Positions 58,369-64,000 of a DNA stretch of 64,000 bases are shown in pieces (the first letter of the stretch is position 1; each line of letters opens with the position of its first letter). The translations under genes and the position numbers were made by a program. The notes under the pieces were generated by a model that had not been told where the DNA came from, made no database searches, and saw only the letters and a list, made by a program, of their open reading frames with translations. Origin of the DNA: a virus; the IMG/VR virus record IMGVR_UViG_3300012954_000007, one strand, 5' to 3'.

Positions 58369-59389
58369 ATTAAAAATAAGAGCAAATCAAATAAAAGATG
58401 GTGTTTATGACCGTCAAATGGTTTTTCCTATGGGTCAAACTTTTGATGAGGTCGGTAGAGAAGATTTAATTCAAACCTACGAAGATGAAACCATAGATAA
58501 ATTAATTGGGATTAAAAAAGATTACGAAGTAGTCAGATATACACAATCCCCACAAGAAAACGGTGACCCTAGTCCTAATTTATTTTATAATTTTAATTTA
58601 GGTGCCATGATAGATTCTAATCTTAGTACTTTTACAACATTATTTCCATCAGAACCTAATTTATCACTTTCACCAGGTCCCCCTTTTGGGTGGGATACTA
58701 ATAACGACCCTTGTCCAGATAAGTTACCTAATTATTATCCAGATAATTCCACCAATACCATTTATTTACCCTATGACCCAAATTTCGTTGGTACCTGGTA
58801 TGGGTATGATTTTCAAAACTTTACACCAGAAGAAACTTACAAAAATAATAAATCTTTTACGAAAAGTTTTTTTAAATTAGATTTATATAATAGTAGAGAT
58901 AGAAAACAACAAAAACTTTTTATTAGTATAATTATTAATCCTATAAACGGTAAAAAAATACTAAGACCAACCCTGAGTGTACAGTGTCCTAGTGAAACTT
59001 TAGATGGGAGATGGAATTGTAGACCAGAAGGAGAACAATTTTGTCCTACACCTAGTTTTGAGTTAGACCCAGTAAATAATAATGAGGGGTACTATATTTA
59101 CTGGTTAAAAGAAAAAACATTTTTAGATTTAGATGTTTTTTATATGAGTTGTAAATTTTACAATGCAAAAACAGGTGAAGTAACACAATTAATTAACACC
59201 CCACAGTCTGATATAAATTTACAAACTAACCAACCATTTAGTATATCTAAAGAAGATTATTATTATTATAGGGTAGTATTAAATCAAGATAGATTTAATT
59301 ATACTATTTATAAAACTAGTGATGGAACTCGTGTAGGTGACGAAGAAAACAATCCTATAAACTTTTACCAGTATTTTAACGCACCATAA
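58355..59389 (+). CDS. putative virion structural protein
   Basis: 344-aa ORF, FTKSFFKLDLY and FYMSCKFYNAKTG motifs, coupled to neighbours. Confidence 0.55.
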   Translation: MAVNKLKIRANQIKDGVYDRQMVFPMGQTFDEVGREDLIQTYEDETIDKLIGIKKDYEVVRYTQSPQENGDPSPNLFYNFNLGAMIDSNLSTFTTLFPSEPNLSLSPGPPFGWDTNNDPCPDKLPNYYPDNSTNTIYLPYDPNFVGTWYGYDFQNFTPEETYKNNKSFTKSFFKLDLYNSRDRKQQKLFISIIINPINGKKILRPTLSVQCPSETLDGRWNCRPEGEQFCPTPSFELDPVNNNEGYYIYWLKEKTFLDLDVFYMSCKFYNAKTGEVTQLINTPQSDINLQTNQPFSISKEDYYYYRVVLNQDRFNYTIYKTSDGTRVGDEENNPINFYQYFNAP

Positions 59390-60993
59390 TGGAGGAATAT
59401 AAATTCACAATAAAAAGAAGATTTTATCCTGGTGGTGAAGAAGTAATGCCACCTAGTTTACCTAAAGGTTACGTACATCAAACCTCACCTACTGTCCCAC
59501 AAGGTCAAAATTGTTTGAATTGTTATTTTTATAATAATAATTTATGTGATTATTGGAATGCTGAGGTAAAAAATGATTATTGGTGTAAAAAGTGGTCAGA
59601 CCCACAAAGTTTAATACAAGATTTACCTGAACCCGCTCCATGTATAACAGGTTTTACTGTCCCTATTACTATAGTAGAAGATTTTAATGATATTGGTGTT
59701 TATACACCATGGGACGGTCTTGTATTACAGAGAGATGTTATCAATAATTTTTTATATACGGGTACTGGATTGTCAGTTACGGTAACTAACACTTCTGATG
59801 TTGATTTTAAAAGATTTTTAACTTTTGCTAATTATACTATTGAATGGGGAGACGGTAACCAAAGTTTTCTAACACTAGACCAACCTTCTAGTACACACGC
59901 TTATTCTTCTGCGGGGGAATATAAATTAACTTTAAAACAAATTAATCCTTGGGGTACCACTCGAATTAATAAAATTATACAATTACCATACGATAGTAAT
60001 GTAAATATAGTTAATCCGTATGGTACCGTAGAAATACAACCCCCTAATTTCGGTGACCCTATAGGGTGTGATGTTGTTTTACAAGATTATATTTTTAGTG
60101 GGGATAGTAATCCGGATGTTTATGATTTTTTTACCTTTAATTATATAGATGTTCCATTTGAAGTAACTGGGTACACCACAACTAGTAACCTAAATTTATT
60201 TTTAGAGTATGGGTCAAACGGATTACCTTCTACAGGTACTAGTATAAATTTAACATCTGACTTAACTGGTGAAATACTTGAGGTTACTCCAGATTACACA
60301 GCTTACACTATAAATGATATAGTATATACTGATTTTAGTGGGGGTACTACGTTATTTAATGCTTTAAGTACTGGAATAAATCCTGATAATGTTGAATGGG
60401 AATGTTGTGATGAAACATTAAGTGACCCTTGTCCCTGTAAAGAAAAAGGTAATACCATACCTAAAGGGGATTATGACCCGAATATAGTTTACATGCAAGG
60501 AGCTACTGTTTCATATGATGAATGTTGTTGGTACTGTAATCCCGAATCATCAGGTGTCTATGAATGTGATGCACCACCCACTTATGGAGATAAAATATGG
60601 GAACCATGTTTACCTTGTTCAGAAAAACAATCTGTACCAAAATCTACAAATAAGGTATTGGAGATAGATGAATATAACCCTTCTTTTACATATAAGATGG
60701 GTCAACAAGTTTCATTTTACGGTGAAATTTATTCTTTTGAAGGTACAAGAATAATAAATGATAGTGGGACTACTGAAGATGTACAAGGGACATCAGGGTG
60801 GATTGAGTTAACTTATAACACCACTTATATAAATGAAGATAACATATCAATAACAGAGACAGTACCATATCAAGATTTAAAAGAAAGATTATGGATTGGT
60901 GGTTATACCACAAACCCTGAATTTGATATTTTAGATTGGGAAGGAAAATCAAAACAACAATTAATTAAATCTACAATTTGGAACAAGTTATGA
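59389..60993 (+). CDS. structural protein with HiPIP-like Cys module, PKD domain and two CBM5/12-like repeats
   Basis: CLNC..C..WCKKW; PKD YTIEWGDG...HAYSSAGEYKLTL; YDPNIVYMQGATVSYD and YNPSFTYKMGQQVSFYG. Confidence 0.6.
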   Translation: MEEYKFTIKRRFYPGGEEVMPPSLPKGYVHQTSPTVPQGQNCLNCYFYNNNLCDYWNAEVKNDYWCKKWSDPQSLIQDLPEPAPCITGFTVPITIVEDFNDIGVYTPWDGLVLQRDVINNFLYTGTGLSVTVTNTSDVDFKRFLTFANYTIEWGDGNQSFLTLDQPSSTHAYSSAGEYKLTLKQINPWGTTRINKIIQLPYDSNVNIVNPYGTVEIQPPNFGDPIGCDVVLQDYIFSGDSNPDVYDFFTFNYIDVPFEVTGYTTTSNLNLFLEYGSNGLPSTGTSINLTSDLTGEILEVTPDYTAYTINDIVYTDFSGGTTLFNALSTGINPDNVEWECCDETLSDPCPCKEKGNTIPKGDYDPNIVYMQGATVSYDECCWYCNPESSGVYECDAPPTYGDKIWEPCLPCSEKQSVPKSTNKVLEIDEYNPSFTYKMGQQVSFYGEIYSFEGTRIINDSGTTEDVQGTSGWIELTYNTTYINEDNISITETVPYQDLKERLWIGGYTTNPEFDILDWEGKSKQQLIKSTIWNKL

Positions 60994-61029
60994 TATATTA
61001 TAATAAATTAATTCACAAAATAAGTATAA

Positions 61030-63744
61030 ATGGCTAGATATGAAGATTTTGGTGGAGGGGGTAATAATCCCTGTGGAGCATACTACCCTAGAAGTGGTCC
61101 TTTAAATATGGCTTCTGAAAGTGCTTGTGTACCTCAAAATTATGGGTCTCAACCAGCTGATGGGGCTAATTTTAATTTTTGGGGACCAGAAGCGGGAACT
61201 ACAAGAGGAAAAGGGTTGTGTTGTGATGTATTTAAAAGAATAGGTCCACAATCTTACGTTTGGGAACCAACTACATATTACCCTATTTTTAGTACAGTTG
61301 CGGGTACTGGTGAAGAATGTCCAGGATGTTTCTACCACGCAAGACGGAACCATACTTCAAGTAACGATAGTAGTGGGGTCGCGTGGAGTGATGACAAACC
61401 TTGTGAACATAAATTGGCATGGTTTGTGAATTCTGTTAATGATTATGTTGAAAAATGGTCAGGTTGTAAAGCATTAATAGATGAAGGAATGCCTGGTAAC
61501 TGTACAATGCACCATTCTTTTGGTTTAATCATGGATACAACAACAAACATATCACATATGGGGTCACCTAACGGGTCATGTCAAAGTAACTGTATGCAAT
61601 TGAATATTAATTACTTTGAACAATATGTCGCGGGTCAATATTTAACTTACGCTCAATACCCACCTAATAATTTTGATGATAAAACAGCTTATGATTGTGA
61701 AACTAAAAAAACAGACTTTCAAGGAAATAATGGTCCCACAGGTTCGAAACTTATTTGGGCGGGATTTGCACCAAATCAATGGAACCCAAGTAATTCATCA
61801 CCTAATAACTCTCCAGGGTTAGGTAACCAGTCTAAAAACTTTGGGCCCACAAACCCAGTCCCTGGTTATACAACAGCTACTGTTATAAACTGGGACCCAA
61901 CACTAGGAAACTCACCTTCAAATCAAACTTATGCTGTAAGACAAAATTTGAATGGTGTAATGTATCAGGGGTACTTACCTGAAAATTCAAATGAAAATAA
62001 CGCGTGGGGATTACTCTCTCCTTCGTTAGGTGGAACCCCATCACAAGAAGACTCCCATCTTTGGGCTCGTAAAAGTGTATGGAGGGTAAGTGATGCGGGA
62101 GAGGACGCTTACCCAACATCTATAGATGATGCATTTGCATGTTGTACTTATGTAAGTTTTGGTTGTACAGACCCGTCTTTTGGAAATTATGACCCTAACG
62201 CTTTTTTAGATTGCGATGGTATACCTAAAACAAATAGGGAATTAGTCACCGTAGACGACAATGGCGTTGAAACAATCACTTGTGATGATATAAATGGAAA
62301 TCCTGGTGTGTGTTGGGATAGTAATGGATTACAATGTTCAGAATGTATAGATAATACGGGAAGTCCTAACGCGGCACTTAACGGGTTACCTAACCCTAAT
62401 TATAATCCTAATTACGGTGAATACTTTAATGCCCCAAATGGTAACTGTACACAACAGATTTTAGATTCTTGTGGTTCAGGTGGGCAGTTAAGTGTCAACG
62501 CTTGGACAGATATGTTTAACATGAGACCTACATCTTCACTATATGGTGGAGGAGCAACATATTTAGGGAATCCAAATAAAGGTGACGGTAGAGCAAAATT
62601 TTGGGATAAAGATGGGGTAGATGTGACTAACCCTAATGTAAGACCTAGATGTCAGTGTAATAATTCTGGATGTTTACTTCCAGGTGCGGACACTTATTCC
62701 TCACTTAACACAACAGATTGTTCTAATCAACCAGCTTCAGTTAGTTTTCTGGGTATGTTAGTGGGTGATGTAACTTGTTGTAGTTACACTAAATACGGTT
62801 GTACTGATGAAACTAAAATTACTCCACCACTAAATAATTATTTTTGTTCTATAGATATTAATGGGGATGGTACACCAGATAACCAGATGTTTTGTATGGA
62901 CCCTACTACAGGAATACCTTGTAATATGGGACCTTGTCCCGCGAATGGTGGGGTACCTTTAGGTCCAGGAAGTGGTACTCCAGGGTTCAATAATCCTACA
63001 GTTAATCTTATAGATGATGGAAGTTGTGATTTAATTTTAATACCTGGTTGTAAAGACGACGGTGGAAATTTAGCGGGTGGTAGTTGGCCTAGTCCAGTCT
63101 ATCCTGGATACGCAGCAATGAATTATGATGCATCCGCTACAGTTCATATACAAAATTTATGTGAGTATGTATTTGGATGTCCCGACCCACTAGCAGATAA
63201 TGCCTTAACACCAGTATGTCCTTCCTCTACTTTAACTGGTAGTATATCTAATTGTGCTACTGTTTACGGAGTAACCAATCAATTTGTAGAAGACAACCTT
63301 ATTCCAAACATAGAATGTTGTGATTATAATATACCTGGAACAGGACCTGGATGTACAGACCCTAACGCATTAAACTTTAATCCATTAGCGGACACAGATG
63401 ACGGAAGTTGTATTTACAACATTGAAGGATGTACAGACCCTAACGCGTTAAATTTTAACCCTGCAGCTACTTTAGATGACTCCTCTTGTTTGTACCCAGG
63501 TGACTATCCGATAGAGGGAGATAACTTCTTAGACGGTAGTCCAATAGAAATATGTAGAGAACCTTTAACAAAAGAAGAGGTATTAATGAATGTTTGTCAA
63601 CCAACAGAAATACAATCAGAAGTATTTATTGAAAGAGGAAAACAATCTGTGTTTGAACCTAACCAAAGATTAGATGAGGTAAGAACAATAGGAGGTTTAA
63701 AAATATACGGTTACGGGTTTTATAACATAAAAGAACAAATATAA
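61030..63744 (+). CDS. Cys/Gly/Asn-rich adhesin-like protein with GCTDPxAxNY/F...DDGSC repeats
   Basis: About seven GC(T/K/P/L)D-type units, e.g. GCTDPNALNFNPLADTDDGSC. Confidence 0.6.
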   Translation: MARYEDFGGGGNNPCGAYYPRSGPLNMASESACVPQNYGSQPADGANFNFWGPEAGTTRGKGLCCDVFKRIGPQSYVWEPTTYYPIFSTVAGTGEECPGCFYHARRNHTSSNDSSGVAWSDDKPCEHKLAWFVNSVNDYVEKWSGCKALIDEGMPGNCTMHHSFGLIMDTTTNISHMGSPNGSCQSNCMQLNINYFEQYVAGQYLTYAQYPPNNFDDKTAYDCETKKTDFQGNNGPTGSKLIWAGFAPNQWNPSNSSPNNSPGLGNQSKNFGPTNPVPGYTTATVINWDPTLGNSPSNQTYAVRQNLNGVMYQGYLPENSNENNAWGLLSPSLGGTPSQEDSHLWARKSVWRVSDAGEDAYPTSIDDAFACCTYVSFGCTDPSFGNYDPNAFLDCDGIPKTNRELVTVDDNGVETITCDDINGNPGVCWDSNGLQCSECIDNTGSPNAALNGLPNPNYNPNYGEYFNAPNGNCTQQILDSCGSGGQLSVNAWTDMFNMRPTSSLYGGGATYLGNPNKGDGRAKFWDKDGVDVTNPNVRPRCQCNNSGCLLPGADTYSSLNTTDCSNQPASVSFLGMLVGDVTCCSYTKYGCTDETKITPPLNNYFCSIDINGDGTPDNQMFCMDPTTGIPCNMGPCPANGGVPLGPGSGTPGFNNPTVNLIDDGSCDLILIPGCKDDGGNLAGGSWPSPVYPGYAAMNYDASATVHIQNLCEYVFGCPDPLADNALTPVCPSSTLTGSISNCATVYGVTNQFVEDNLIPNIECCDYNIPGTGPGCTDPNALNFNPLADTDDGSCIYNIEGCTDPNALNFNPAATLDDSSCLYPGDYPIEGDNFLDGSPIEICREPLTKEEVLMNVCQPTEIQSEVFIERGKQSVFEPNQRLDEVRTIGGLKIYGYGFYNIKEQI
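63349..63489 (+). repeat. 78-bp tandem duplication (GCTDPNALNFNP unit)
   Basis: GGATGTACAGACCCTAACGC at 63349 and 63427. Confidence 0.85.
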
Positions 63745-63750
63745 TATAAG

Positions 63751-64000
63751 ATGGCATTAGGAACATACGGAATAAAAAGATTATCAGACGTTTCTCCAGA
63801 AAATGTGGAGATAATTTCTTTATATACACCTAGTAGGGAATCGACAGCTGATACTATCATTACAAAATTAAATACAAAAAGTATTTTAACCCCTTATTAT
63901 CATAATACAGAAACTGGGGGTACTCCTGACGTGGAATTACTAGGTGGTGTATATAATTTAAAATTACCTTATAATGATTTTAAAGATAAAGGTATATATA
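63751..64000 (+). CDS. partial ORF, putative structural protein
   Basis: MALGTYGIKRLSDVSPENVEII... open to the window end. Confidence 0.7.
   Translation, partial: MALGTYGIKRLSDVSPENVEIISLYTPSRESTADTIITKLNTKSILTPYYHNTETGGTPDVELLGGVYNLKLPYNDFKDKGIY

Noticed and set aside
60991-61029. Stop-codon readthrough joining two same-frame genes, or genome-wide recoding
   Set aside because: The TGA is followed by three in-frame TAA stops. Standard-code ORFs already tile the window, and TAG/TGA end genes at sensible positions.
38-62119. Numerous short antisense or overlapping ORFs in the six-frame track (e.g. 38-334, 5511-5987, 26149-26556, 41546-41953)
   Set aside because: They are shadows of long opposite-strand genes with hydrophobic antisense composition and no motifs.

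Overview
The window is part of a large, AT-rich, gene-dense myovirus genome (T4-like or jumbo-type, standard genetic code). Its host is most likely a Bacteroidota: three TTTG-N19/20-TAnnTTTG promoters are present, and 5' leaders are A-rich with no Shine-Dalgarno sites. Neck, tail and baseplate genes (neck, tail terminator, sheath, tube, assembly chaperone, tape measure, hub with amidase, gp25/gp6-like wedge, Cys-rich fibre/adhesin proteins) are interleaved with replication genes (PolB, SNF2 helicase, gp32-like SSB, RecA/UvsX, 5'-3' exonuclease, DnaB-like helicase, NrdB/NrdA). Accessory genes include a WYL protein, a HAD-kinase-HAD trio, a Mom-like GNAT, a SlyD-like PPIase, a DUF5522-like Cys-rich protein and an Smr protein. 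No portal, capsid, terminase, tRNA or CRISPR array was recognised. Main leads: (1) a candidate capsid-cargo system, in which late-promoter enzymes carry amphipathic (I/L)xE leaders while an early-promoter HAD paralogue lacks one; (2) a UUU_CGU +1 frameshift in the tail chaperone; (3) a strongly enriched [ST]GxT motif confined to virion proteins; (4) a HiPIP-like four-Cys module inserted in a structural protein; (5) three promoter classes; (6) apparent GATC avoidance alongside a Mom-like DNA modifier. All functional calls come from motif recognition by eye; no database search was run.
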